A DNA stretch of 64,000 nt, from the NCBI GenBank assembly GCA_048941285.1, contig JBHLNS010000013.1, positions 8,130 to 72,129 on the forward strand, in the 5' to 3' direction. The stretch's first letter is position 1; each line of letters begins with the position of its first letter. Made by a program: the position numbers and the translations under genes. The stretch comes from Promethearchaeota archaeon. GTDB taxonomy: Archaea; Asgardarchaeota; Lokiarchaeia; Sigyniarchaeales; SOKP01. This document shows, one piece after another, positions 29,589 to 39,534 of this stretch. The notes under the pieces were generated by a model. That model was not told the DNA's origin. It ran no database searches and saw only the letters and a list, made by a program, of their open reading frames with translations.

Positions 29589-32453
29589 CTAAATTTTTAC
29601 TTCAATATATGCCTCAATGAGTTTATTATCGATTTTCAATATCTTCGGTTCTTTCTTACCTTCCATTTTTTGAATAATGCTATTAGCTTGAACCATCTTC
29701 TTGATATATTCTTCATGTTTCTCAACTGCTTCTGAAATAACTTTATCATTAATTTGTAAATATAAAGTGATTCGATTTTTCGTTGAGAGATTGAGTTGTT
29801 TTCTGTAATTATTCAAATGTCTGATTAGATTTCTTACGATACCTTCCGATCTTAATGACGGTGTAATTTTGGTATTTAAATCTACAATAAGTTCTGCATC
29901 ATCTCTTTTTTGAAGAGTTACCTTTTTAACATTTATAGCATCAGCTACAATTTTTAAATATTCATTTTCGAGGGTTACTCCTTGCAGTCTAACCTCACTT
30001 AAGACTTGTCTCACTGGAATTTTAGCGTTATCTCTTAATTCAAACGATCTTTTTACTATATCCCTTGTTAATTCCATGTTTCTAATAGCTTCATTATCAA
30101 TTAATTCTGTATCATATTCCGGCCAAAACTCTAAATGAACCGATTCTAAACTAACAATTCCTCTTTCGCTCAATTTCTGATATATCATCTCAGAAATAAA
30201 TGGAGTTAAAGGAGCTAAAAGTTTTGCTAAATTTTTTAATACATACGACAACGTATTCACTGCTGCTGATTTTTCATTAATCTCTGCACTTTTAAATCGA
30301 TTTCTGCTGTTTTTAATATACCATGTGGAGAGATCTTCAATAAAATTGAAAATTAATCTACTGAACTCTGCTGTGTCATAATCATCCATTAGTTGCGTAC
30401 CTTCTTTTATTAGCCTATTTAATAAACTAACAATCCATCGATCTAAGATATTATCTGAATATATTTTATCTGCATTAAACTTATCAATATTAGCCATTGA
30501 GTAAAACTTTAGAACATTAATCATCAATAAATTGAATCTTCTGTAGATTTGTTTCACTAATTCCTCTTTAAAGCTTAAATCTTGTGCCCTCATTAGTTGA
30601 GATGACATAAGATAAATCCTTAAAGCGTCAGCTCCATATTTTTCTATGATTAGATTTGGATCTGGATAATTTTTTTTGGATTTTGACATTTTAGTTCCGT
30701 CTTCGCCAAGTAAATTACCATTTACGACAACATTTTTAAAAGGAATATTATCAAATAGCAGAATTGATATTACATGCATATAGTAAAACCATGCTCTTAC
30801 CTGACCAATATACTCTGACACAAAATCACTCGGAAAATTTTTTTCAAACCAGTCAATATTTTCAAAAGGGTAATGTTTTGCAGCATACGGCATTGAACCC
30901 GATTCCAACCAACAGTCAAATACCTCTGATATACGATTCATAATTTTACTGCAACTTGAACATCTAAGATGTATTTTATCAACTATGTGTCTGTGTAAAT
31001 CCAGATCATCTTCAACTTCTTCTATTGCATTATCTTGTAATTCTTTCACTGATCCAATTACTTTTATTTCATTACATTCCTCACATTCCCATACGGGCAT
31101 TGCTGTCGCCCAAAACCGATTTCTTGAAATACACCAATCAGGAGCTGTTTCTATTATCTTTTGATATCTATAAGAAATTTCTTTAGGATACCAGTTTATA
31201 ATTTTATTGGTTTTTAGGAGTTTTGGTTTTATTTTTTGAATGTTTATAAACCAAGCATCAAGAGCATTATAAATTAAGGGTGTATTACATCTATAACAGA
31301 AAGGATATGAATGTGTGTAATCTTCTGATTCGTATATAAGATTCCGACGATGTAGATCAACCAAGACTTCTTCATCTAAATCTTTAAACCATAATCCAAT
31401 CCATTCTTTAGGGCCATCAGTCAATTTGCCATGCTCATCAATATGTTGAATTACTGGAAGATCATACTTATTTATCATATCATAATCATATTCACCATAA
31501 AGTGCAATATGTATTATTCCTGTTCCTTCATCAGATAAGACTTCATCACCACCATCTATAACAATATGGCCTTTTTTGTCGCTTTTAGTAGAAATATAGT
31601 ATAAAGGTTTATACCTTTTATTTAATAACGCTTTTCCTTTAAATTCTTTAATTATTTCATATTCCTCATTGATGATTTCTAATTTATTTTTTATTAAGAT
31701 TAAATATTCACCATCAACTTCTATTTTAACATATGGTTGATTACTATTTACAGCTAGAGCTACATTTCCGATTAAAGTCCAAGGAGTTGTAGTCCATGCT
31801 AAAAGAAATGTCTTTGGTTCTTCTTTTAATTCAAATTTTGCTGTAATAGATTGTTCAGTAACTTCCCTATAACTATTATCCATAGAAATTTCAAAATTAG
31901 AAAGCGGGGTTTCACACCTTGGACAATAAAACAATACTTTTTTACCTTTATAGACAAAACCCTCCATATAAATCTTCTTAAAAATATACCACACAGTTTC
32001 CATATACGTATTATCCATAGTTTTGTATGAATTATCAAATTCTATCCACTTACCCATTCGTTCAACAGTTTTTTTCCACTCATTAGCATACCAAAGTACT
32101 TTTGATCGACAAAATTCGTTAAATTCTTCTACACCCATCTGATAAATTTCATTCTTCTGCTTTATATTTAAAGCTTTTTCACAAACACTTTCTATAGGAA
32201 GCCCATGACAATCCCAACCCCATTTCCTCTCACAACGTTGCCCTTTCATTGTCCAATATCTTGGGAATACATCCTTTGTTACAATACTTAATATATTACC
32301 ATGTTGAGGTAATCCAGTGGCAAATGGAGGCCCGTCATAAAATATATAAGGAATACCTTTAGGTCTATGCTCCACACTTTTTTCAAATATTTTGCTATCC
32401 TTCCAAAATTTTATTAGTTCTATTTCCTTTTCAATATATGATATTTTAAACAC
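29589..32453 (-). CDS. ileS: Isoleucyl-tRNA synthetase (type 2 / eukaryote-like)
   Basis: FYDGPPFATGLP, GWDCHGLP, AWTTTPWTL, DWCISRNRFW, DCWLESGSMP, KMSKS; GTG start after AGGATAG. Confidence 0.95.
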   Translation of the reverse strand: MFKISYIEKEIELIKFWKDSKIFEKSVEHRPKGIPYIFYDGPPFATGLPQHGNILSIVTKDVFPRYWTMKGQRCERKWGWDCHGLPIESVCEKALNIKQKNEIYQMGVEEFNEFCRSKVLWYANEWKKTVERMGKWIEFDNSYKTMDNTYMETVWYIFKKIYMEGFVYKGKKVLFYCPRCETPLSNFEISMDNSYREVTEQSITAKFELKEEPKTFLLAWTTTPWTLIGNVALAVNSNQPYVKIEVDGEYLILIKNKLEIINEEYEIIKEFKGKALLNKRYKPLYYISTKSDKKGHIVIDGGDEVLSDEGTGIIHIALYGEYDYDMINKYDLPVIQHIDEHGKLTDGPKEWIGLWFKDLDEEVLVDLHRRNLIYESEDYTHSYPFCYRCNTPLIYNALDAWFINIQKIKPKLLKTNKIINWYPKEISYRYQKIIETAPDWCISRNRFWATAMPVWECEECNEIKVIGSVKELQDNAIEEVEDDLDLHRHIVDKIHLRCSSCSKIMNRISEVFDCWLESGSMPYAAKHYPFENIDWFEKNFPSDFVSEYIGQVRAWFYYMHVISILLFDNIPFKNVVVNGNLLGEDGTKMSKSKKNYPDPNLIIEKYGADALRIYLMSSQLMRAQDLSFKEELVKQIYRRFNLLMINVLKFYSMANIDKFNADKIYSDNILDRWIVSLLNRLIKEGTQLMDDYDTAEFSRLIFNFIEDLSTWYIKNSRNRFKSAEINEKSAAVNTLSYVLKNLAKLLAPLTPFISEMIYQKLSERGIVSLESVHLEFWPEYDTELIDNEAIRNMELTRDIVKRSFELRDNAKIPVRQVLSEVRLQGVTLENEYLKIVADAINVKKVTLQKRDDAELIVDLNTKITPSLRSEGIVRNLIRHLNNYRKQLNLSTKNRITLYLQINDKVISEAVEKHEEYIKKMVQANSIIQKMEGKKEPKILKIDNKLIEAYIEVKI

Positions 32454-32720
32454 CTATCCTACTTATTTTCTCTAATCTCAATCTTTTTAACTTAAAAATA
32501 TTAAAAAATAATTTAATTAACATAATTTAGTTTATATCATAAATGTCGAGAGCTTTATTCATGAAGCAGGATGTGGAGGTAAAAGCTAAGAAAATTCACT
32601 TCACAAATAAATGAATTTAGATAATAATAATCGTGGATATGATCATAATCATATTTTTCACAAAACCTAAGAATTTACTAACAATATTCATAGCATCCAC
32701 ATCCACTTTATATTTTAAAT
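32451..32720 (-). promoter_or_regulatory. Putative ileS leader/attenuator region
   Basis: Ile-rich uORF; hairpin after its stop codon; segment complementary to both the ileS RBS/start and the leader 5' region; TTTAAAAT box at 32712-32719. Confidence 0.65.
32617..32691 (-). CDS. Ile-rich leader peptide upstream of ileS (24 aa)
   Basis: ATG AAT ATT GTT AGT AAA TTC TTA GGT TTT GTG AAA AAT ATG ATT ATG ATC ATA TCC ACG ATT ATT ATT ATC TAA = MNIVSKFLGFVKNMIMIISTIIII*. Confidence 0.72.
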   Translation of the reverse strand: MNIVSKFLGFVKNMIMIISTIIII

Positions 32721-32772
32721 AAGGTAAAATACTCTAAAAAATATTACGGTATTTTATCATTTTTTTTAAACT

Positions 32773-34761
32773 TTAATCCAAAAATATATAGTGATGAGCA
32801 ATTTTTCTTTTGTCTCTTCCAGCAAGAATATGAATATGTTTAATAGCTTTAAGAGAGTCTTTGCTAAAATTGTCGATTGAAATATAAACAAGTTCTCGAT
32901 TTTTGATTCCAGCAAGTGAATAAAAATATTTGCGAGGGGGTTCTTTTGCAATATAAGCTACATATCGTTCTTTGGAATAAATAATAGCAGCTTTAAGCAA
33001 GCGTTCTGCTTTATTCTTTGTATCTTTATACTCATAGTCCAAATATGGGTCAAAAAGGGATCTGAGAAAAATCGCTGGAAAAATCGAAAGTAATCCTCCA
33101 ACTTCTACATGGGTAATCCCTGGACCAATGATAAAATCTCCCGGATTTGTTGAATAGAATGCCATATCGCTCTCTCTATCATGTTCTGCCCACCAAGTTA
33201 ATTTATATGGAAAATATTCTTTTTCTCCATCGTCTTTATCAAATATAACTACAATTGTGTCGATTTTACCTTGAACTTGTTGAATGTTTTGCACGTAAAT
33301 CTTCTTTTTAAAAGCCCAATTTCTAATAGTTTCTTTAATTGCAATTCCGTCCATTAAGCTGGATTTGAATTCCTCTATTTTAATTCTCTGATTTTTCAAA
33401 TTTTTAATTGTTTTTTTTCTTATAAAAGCAAAATAATCCTCTTCTAAAGCATCCTCAGGAGGCCACGAAACAGTATATTCTTTACCTTCTTCCCATCTAT
33501 CTCTCCATTCCCCGGGATATTTTTCTTCAGGTTTTTTCTTTAAAGGCAATTCTCTCTCTTTTCCATAGTTATAAGGAAGATGTCTTCTTAATTTTATATA
33601 TCGACCACTAGGATCATACCCACCTTCCAATGACATCTTCAGAGTTTCATAATTATCACTTTCATCATTATATGGATATTTTGTAGCTTTATCCAATACT
33701 TTCCACGCATAATCATCGTCAACTATATTTTTTGATGCGATTAATAATTGAAATAAATTTGGTAGTAATCTCTGTTCCGTTAATGAAAGATTCCTTGAAT
33801 ATTGAAATAATGTTTTTAATTTATGGAGATCCACAAATTCTTTAAATTCTTCCTCAAAATCATATTTAGCTTTGATCAAAATTTTTCTAATATGCTCAAT
33901 TTTATCAAACCGGTTAAATATTTTATAAAGTTCTTCGAGAGAATCAACCCTTTCTAATCTTTCTTTAGAAAATTCTTCTTTAAATTTCAACCACCTATAG
34001 GTATGATATGGTAATTCTCTCAAAAGATACCTAGCGTCACCACTTCTTATGTTATAAATCTTTACGTATTTATGAGGAATTAAATCTAATTCTACTTCTT
34101 GAACCTGCTCTGGGTTTTCTAAGTAATATTTTACGTTTTCCCAATGAGCCATACCAATAATAAGTAAAATTCTATGGTATATAGGCATCATTTTTAATAG
34201 ATGAGCTGCCATATATTTTTCTCTAAGAATATCTTTTTGAATATAATCATACTCTTTATCATCTTTTAACTGGTTTTTAAGAAAATCTTTTAAGATTACT
34301 TCTTTGTTGGGAATATCTTTTCTATTCTTAGATTTCTTTATAAAATAATCAGATATTTGATGATAAAACTCTTGAAGACCGATTTGATTAATAGCATAAT
34401 CATCTGGAAGTTTGAAACTTGGAGGTAAATACTCTGAGATGGAAAGATCAATAAATTCGATCGGAATATTATAATCAACACCAATCTTTATTGCTTCCAT
34501 AACTGAATCACCCGGATCTATTGGAATAAAATTTAATTTTTCTGGATTTAAGCTATCAGCATATCCAATTAAAGATAGAAAAGGTAATCTCTGGACAGCT
34601 TCAATCACTTCTTCTTGTATATTATTAGGTAATTCAACAGCGATTACATCCGGAAATACTTTAAATAATGCTATACGGACTAATTTAGCAAACTCTATTC
34701 GCGAATGGAATGTGGGAATGACATAGATATTTCTAAATTTAATATAGGGATTCTCATCCAT
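32773..34761 (-). CDS. Conserved protein with TraB/GumN/ChaN-like N-terminal domain, MoxR-associated
   Basis: H..FA..VR..PDVIAVELP, RE.YMA, IIGMAHW motifs; 1 bp from the AAA gene. Confidence 0.65.
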   Translation of the reverse strand: MDENPYIKFRNIYVIPTFHSRIEFAKLVRIALFKVFPDVIAVELPNNIQEEVIEAVQRLPFLSLIGYADSLNPEKLNFIPIDPGDSVMEAIKIGVDYNIPIEFIDLSISEYLPPSFKLPDDYAINQIGLQEFYHQISDYFIKKSKNRKDIPNKEVILKDFLKNQLKDDKEYDYIQKDILREKYMAAHLLKMMPIYHRILLIIGMAHWENVKYYLENPEQVQEVELDLIPHKYVKIYNIRSGDARYLLRELPYHTYRWLKFKEEFSKERLERVDSLEELYKIFNRFDKIEHIRKILIKAKYDFEEEFKEFVDLHKLKTLFQYSRNLSLTEQRLLPNLFQLLIASKNIVDDDYAWKVLDKATKYPYNDESDNYETLKMSLEGGYDPSGRYIKLRRHLPYNYGKERELPLKKKPEEKYPGEWRDRWEEGKEYTVSWPPEDALEEDYFAFIRKKTIKNLKNQRIKIEEFKSSLMDGIAIKETIRNWAFKKKIYVQNIQQVQGKIDTIVVIFDKDDGEKEYFPYKLTWWAEHDRESDMAFYSTNPGDFIIGPGITHVEVGGLLSIFPAIFLRSLFDPYLDYEYKDTKNKAERLLKAAIIYSKERYVAYIAKEPPRKYFYSLAGIKNRELVYISIDNFSKDSLKAIKHIHILAGRDKRKIAHHYIFLD

Positions 34762-34762
34762 T

Positions 34763-35713
34763 TTAATCTTTATCTGATTTATTTACATATTTATCATAAT
34801 AATCATTTGCATCATCAATATCTCTAAATATTTTAAATGAAAGTGATTCACTTTGTTTTTTCATAAATTCTTCATAATTTCCAGGTAAATATTTTAAAGC
34901 AGCTTCTTCTAATACTTGAATCATTGCATTTTCAAACAAATTTTTCTCGATTATATCCTGGTTTTCTTTACTCATCAATCTCGATTTAATATAATATCTT
35001 AAAATATTGATGCCATCTCTAACGGTATAAGGTTCATCATGTATATGAGCATTCTGAAGAAAATCTGCACAATATTCTAATAATTCCTTTGAAGCAAAAG
35101 GTAAATTATATTTCAAAATTTTCAACTCATCAACTCGATTTGGAAAATCAATGTAAATTTTAGGTTGTAGACGGGACTGAATATATTCGGGAATTTCATA
35201 TGTTGAGGCATCGGCATTCATAGTAACACAGAGCCTAAATTCTGGATGAGCATAAATTCTAATACCAGCAATGATACTCTCAACATAACGTCTTTTATCC
35301 ATTAATGGAGCTAAGGATGCCCAACTCTTTTCACTCATCCGATTTCCCTCATCCAATAAACACACTCCTCCCTTTATCATAGCTGATACTAAAGAACTTG
35401 CTACATAAGCTATTTTATTATCCGATGCAATAACAGGGCTAATTAATAAGTCTTCTGGACGAGTATCCATAGTACATTGAAATATGTACACGTCTTTATC
35501 TAATCTTCTTCCAGTGGCGTAAGCTAGGGTTGTTTTACCAACTCCTGGTTTACCAAGAATACGAGGATTCAAAGGCACATCATCCTTATCAACAATCATC
35601 CATGCTGCTTTTAATTGATTAATTAAATCATCGTTTCCAACCCATTCCATATCAACTTGTGCTGGGTCGGATAAGATTAATTCAACATCTGATATTATGA
35701 TTTTCTCTGGCAT
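34763..35713 (-). CDS. MoxR/CbbQ-like AAA+ ATPase
   Basis: GKPGVGKT, LLDEGNR, HPEFRLCVTMN. Confidence 0.88.
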   Translation of the reverse strand: MPEKIIISDVELILSDPAQVDMEWVGNDDLINQLKAAWMIVDKDDVPLNPRILGKPGVGKTTLAYATGRRLDKDVYIFQCTMDTRPEDLLISPVIASDNKIAYVASSLVSAMIKGGVCLLDEGNRMSEKSWASLAPLMDKRRYVESIIAGIRIYAHPEFRLCVTMNADASTYEIPEYIQSRLQPKIYIDFPNRVDELKILKYNLPFASKELLEYCADFLQNAHIHDEPYTVRDGINILRYYIKSRLMSKENQDIIEKNLFENAMIQVLEEAALKYLPGNYEEFMKKQSESLSFKIFRDIDDANDYYDKYVNKSDKD

Positions 35714-35994
35714 AATAATTCTTACATTCTATTGTACTAATAATGGTTATAAAAGTAGAGTATAAATAATTTTTCAAATTCAAGTTGAAATTATAATTTG
35801 TAGCAAATATATGAAAATCTCTTATTTAGCTCAAGTATAAAAAATATGAAATTATCTGATCTATAAAAAATGGATATAATTATCAAAAAGATCTTTGAAT
35901 TACTATATCTAGTTACACCATTATTCTCAAAACTATTAGTGTCTACAGACTTGGTTTACTACTATTAAAAAATGAAGCATAAAATGAATCAAAA

Positions 35995-36423
35995 ATGAGA
36001 AGTATCGAAACTAAAATTAAACGCATTATTGTTGCGAAAATTGAACCAAATGAAGATTTAATTGATTCAATTGTTGATCTAGTCAAAATTTATAATGTTA
36101 AATCTGGATTAGTAAATTGTATTGGAGCATTAAAAAAATTCACAATTGGTTTTTATGAAATTAATTCCAAAAGTTACAAAATGGAAACTTTTGATGAAAA
36201 TGTGGAACTCATTAGCTGTATGGGAAATATATCATATAAAAACAAAGAACCAATAATTCACCTGCATGTGTCTTTAGGAAGGAAAGATTATTCGGTAATA
36301 GGGGGTCATCTGAGTCAACCTAGTATAATTTCTGTGACAGGTGAAATTAAAATACTAGAAATTGATCAAGAATTAAATCGTGCAGAAGATCGGCAATTTA
36401 AATTATCACTTCTAGATCTATAA
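35995..36423 (+). CDS. PPC/DUF296 domain protein
   Basis: IGAL, ELISCMGN, HLH, GGHL, TGE. Confidence 0.9.
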   Translation: MRSIETKIKRIIVAKIEPNEDLIDSIVDLVKIYNVKSGLVNCIGALKKFTIGFYEINSKSYKMETFDENVELISCMGNISYKNKEPIIHLHVSLGRKDYSVIGGHLSQPSIISVTGEIKILEIDQELNRAEDRQFKLSLLDL

Positions 36424-36440
36424 AAGATGGATGTGTATTA

Positions 36441-37001
36441 ATGCAAGATAATAAGAATAGAGAATGGGCATTAAAGATAGCAATACTAGGAGATCCCGCA
36501 GTAGGGAAAACTTCCTTAATTGAAAAATATATCACTAATTCCTTTAGGGAAAATTACCAACCAACTTTAGGTGTTAACATTATATCAAAAGATATAAGAA
36601 TTGAAGAATTTAATTCCAAAATCCGCTTACTTCTATGGGACATCGCTGGTCAAGAAAAATATGAATTAACACGTCAAAGTTTTTTTCAAGGCTGTGTCGG
36701 AGCATTTTTAGTTTATGATATAACACGTTATTCAACATTTGAACAGATAAAGATAAAGTGGCTTGAAGATTTCAAGAAATTTAGCAAGCCTAATGGAATT
36801 TATATTTTAATAGGTAATAAATCAGATTTAAAAGATTCAATTAAAGTGTCTTATGATGAAGCAAAATCACTGTCAGAAGAAATTAATGCTGTAGAGTTTT
36901 TAGAAACAAGTGCAAAATATGGTGAAAATGTCGAGGAAGCATTTAAAAAATTAGTGATGTTTATCTTGAATAAAAATAGCGTAAATTCTAAAATAAATTA
37001 A
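36441..37001 (+). CDS. Rab-like small GTPase
   Basis: GDPAVGKT, PTLG, WDIAGQE, GNKSD, ETSAK. Confidence 0.95.
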   Translation: MQDNKNREWALKIAILGDPAVGKTSLIEKYITNSFRENYQPTLGVNIISKDIRIEEFNSKIRLLLWDIAGQEKYELTRQSFFQGCVGAFLVYDITRYSTFEQIKIKWLEDFKKFSKPNGIYILIGNKSDLKDSIKVSYDEAKSLSEEINAVEFLETSAKYGENVEEAFKKLVMFILNKNSVNSKIN

Positions 37002-37045
37002 AAGAATGATATTAAATTAGAAGTATTGAATGAAATTAAAGCAAA

Positions 37046-37612
37046 ATGATTGGAGATTATAAAGGATTTGTAAAAAATAAGGTTGTAATAGCACTGCTTC
37101 AAGCTTATCATGATATACTTGACTATGATGGGATGAGATCAATCCTAAAGGAAGCAGGAATGATGTACATAAAGGATATAAGAGATAAAAATCCTAACGA
37201 TACATTAGACTTTTTTTCTTTTAAAAAAATCATATCTGCTCAAAATTGTTTATTATTTGAATCCTCTGATCTCCTTTTTGAAATTGGAAAGAAATTCTCT
37301 TTTTATCTTTTTCCTTTTGGAAAAAGTTTTGAAGAAATAATTAACGAAATAAATTCTTCAATTATTACTGATTGGAAAGTTAGTATTATTCAAAATAACG
37401 AAGATGAAATATCTATAAGTGTTAAACGATGCATCTTTTGTTCTGAGATTGGGGTTCCCTGTGACTTATTTAAAGGATTTTTGTTCAATTCATTACAAAA
37501 ATCATTACCATCAGAACATAAAGTTATTTATGAAAAAGATATTGATGACATAAATGATCCTCAACATAATAGCTTCACAGTTAAACTAAAAATAGTCAAA
37601 AATATTAAATAA
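37046..37612 (+). CDS. V4R-like domain protein
   Basis: GM.SILKEAG N-terminus; CIFC...PCDLFKGFL. Confidence 0.65.
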   Translation: MIGDYKGFVKNKVVIALLQAYHDILDYDGMRSILKEAGMMYIKDIRDKNPNDTLDFFSFKKIISAQNCLLFESSDLLFEIGKKFSFYLFPFGKSFEEIINEINSSIITDWKVSIIQNNEDEISISVKRCIFCSEIGVPCDLFKGFLFNSLQKSLPSEHKVIYEKDIDDINDPQHNSFTVKLKIVKNIK

Positions 37613-37730
37613 GTTAAAAACGAAAATTAAGTTATATATTTGAGATAATCAAAGAAATCCGTTTATAGTGATTTTATAAAAAAATGGAAAAAGTATTAAA
37701 TAGACCTATAACAAAATATTAAATTGGATA

Positions 37731-38285
37731 ATGACATCCGAAGAAGCTAATCTCGATCGAGAGTTCGTATATAAAGTAGTCATTTTAGGAGATGCCGCAG
37801 TAGGTAAGACATCCTTAATAAATCAATTTGTAGAAGGATCTTTTAATGAGGATTACAAACCAACACTAGGAGCAAACATTGTTCGTAAAGATGTTAGCTT
37901 AGATAACACAAAAGTTAGATTAATACTATGGGACCTTGCCGGGCAAGAAAAATATCAAGTTGTTCGTAGCTTGTATTTTCAGGGATGTCAAGGTGCCTTA
38001 CTTGTTTATGATGTTACTCGCTATAGCACTTTTGATAGTATAAATTCCAAGTGGTTACGAGATTTTAAAAAATATGTTAAGCAAGAAGGAGTATATATAT
38101 TAATTGGAAACAAATCAGATTTAACAGACCAAAGAGCAGTAACAAAAGAAAGAGGTAAAGAAATAGCCGAAAAAATTAAGGCTAGCCACTTTATTGAAAC
38201 AAGTGCAAAATTGGGAGAAAATATTGAAGAAGCATTCATACTTTTAGTAAATCAAATCTTGAACAACCATGGTGTTAAGATTTAA
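37731..38285 (+). CDS. Rab-like small GTPase
   Basis: GDAAVGKT, WDLAGQE, GNKSD, ETSAK. Confidence 0.95.
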   Translation: MTSEEANLDREFVYKVVILGDAAVGKTSLINQFVEGSFNEDYKPTLGANIVRKDVSLDNTKVRLILWDLAGQEKYQVVRSLYFQGCQGALLVYDVTRYSTFDSINSKWLRDFKKYVKQEGVYILIGNKSDLTDQRAVTKERGKEIAEKIKASHFIETSAKLGENIEEAFILLVNQILNNHGVKI

Positions 38286-38372
38286 AAAGTTTTAATAGTT
38301 TTGCACTACTTGTTTTTGTATTAATAAATTGACGACTAGTCTTTTTAAAATATCCATATTAAAAGTATAATA

Positions 38373-39524
38373 ATGAAAGAAACATCTCAAAGATTAGTAA
38401 ATGCTCCAAAATCTGCTATAAGAGAGTTATTTGATCTTGCCTCTGGTCGATCAGATATTATTAGTCTTGGAATTGGGCAACCAGATTTCAGGACTCCCGA
38501 ACCTATAATACAAGGAAATATAAAAGCATTAAAAAACAATATTACTATGTATGCACCCACTAAAGGTGTTCCTGAGTTATTAAAATTAATAGAGAGGAAA
38601 GTCCGTAGTGTTAACAAGATTGATATAAATTGGAGAGAAAATATAATTATTACTAATGGAGCAAGTCAAGCTGTTACGTTAGCATACGCCTCAATTTTTA
38701 ATCCCGGAGATGAGTTGATTATTTCATCACCAAATTTTGTATCTTACTTTTACTGCGCTTCATTTTTTGGAGTTAAAGTAATAGAGGTGGAGCGAAATAA
38801 AGATTTCAGCCCAAATATTGAAAAAATCAGGAACTCGATTACAAATAAGACGAAAGCAATGTTGATAAATACACCTAACAATCCGACTGGTTATTCATTA
38901 ACTAAACGAGATTTGCAAGAAATTACTGAAATAATTATAGAAAACGACCTTTATTTAATTACTGATGAAGTTTATGAAAATTACATATATGATGGGCTAA
39001 AACATATAAGCCCAGCTTCTTTAGAAGGCATGTTTGAGAGAACTGTAACTGTTAATGCAATGTCAAAATTATATTCTGCTACTGGCTTCAGATTAGGATA
39101 TGCTATTGCTTCGAAAGAAATAATAAACTTAATGGAGAAATATCATCAATATACCATTGCTGGGACAAATCATGCGGCTCAGTATGGTTTTATTGAAGCA
39201 CTAAAAATGGATCCAAATTTTTTTAATGAAATTTGGAATAGTTTCAACAAAAGACGAAATTTAGTGTATGATCGGTTAAATGAGATTGGTTTTGATGTAT
39301 TAAAACCAAATGGAGCCTTTTATATAATGCCATCAACTGCAAAATTCAATTTGAGTGGTTCTCAATTTTCACAGAGAATAATGAAAGAACAAGCGGTCGC
39401 CATCGTTCCCGGAAATATTTTTGGGTCCTATTCAGATAATATGATAAGAATCTCTTATGCTACTGAATTAGAGAAACTTGAAGAAGCTATGAATAGAATT
39501 GAGAAATTTGTTCATAATTTATAA
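38373..39524 (+). CDS. PLP-dependent aminotransferase class I/II
   Basis: GIGQPDF, PNNPTG, DEVY, SKLYSATGFRLG. Confidence 0.93.
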   Translation: MKETSQRLVNAPKSAIRELFDLASGRSDIISLGIGQPDFRTPEPIIQGNIKALKNNITMYAPTKGVPELLKLIERKVRSVNKIDINWRENIIITNGASQAVTLAYASIFNPGDELIISSPNFVSYFYCASFFGVKVIEVERNKDFSPNIEKIRNSITNKTKAMLINTPNNPTGYSLTKRDLQEITEIIIENDLYLITDEVYENYIYDGLKHISPASLEGMFERTVTVNAMSKLYSATGFRLGYAIASKEIINLMEKYHQYTIAGTNHAAQYGFIEALKMDPNFFNEIWNSFNKRRNLVYDRLNEIGFDVLKPNGAFYIMPSTAKFNLSGSQFSQRIMKEQAVAIVPGNIFGSYSDNMIRISYATELEKLEEAMNRIEKFVHNL

Positions 39525-39534
39525 TTATGTCTAT

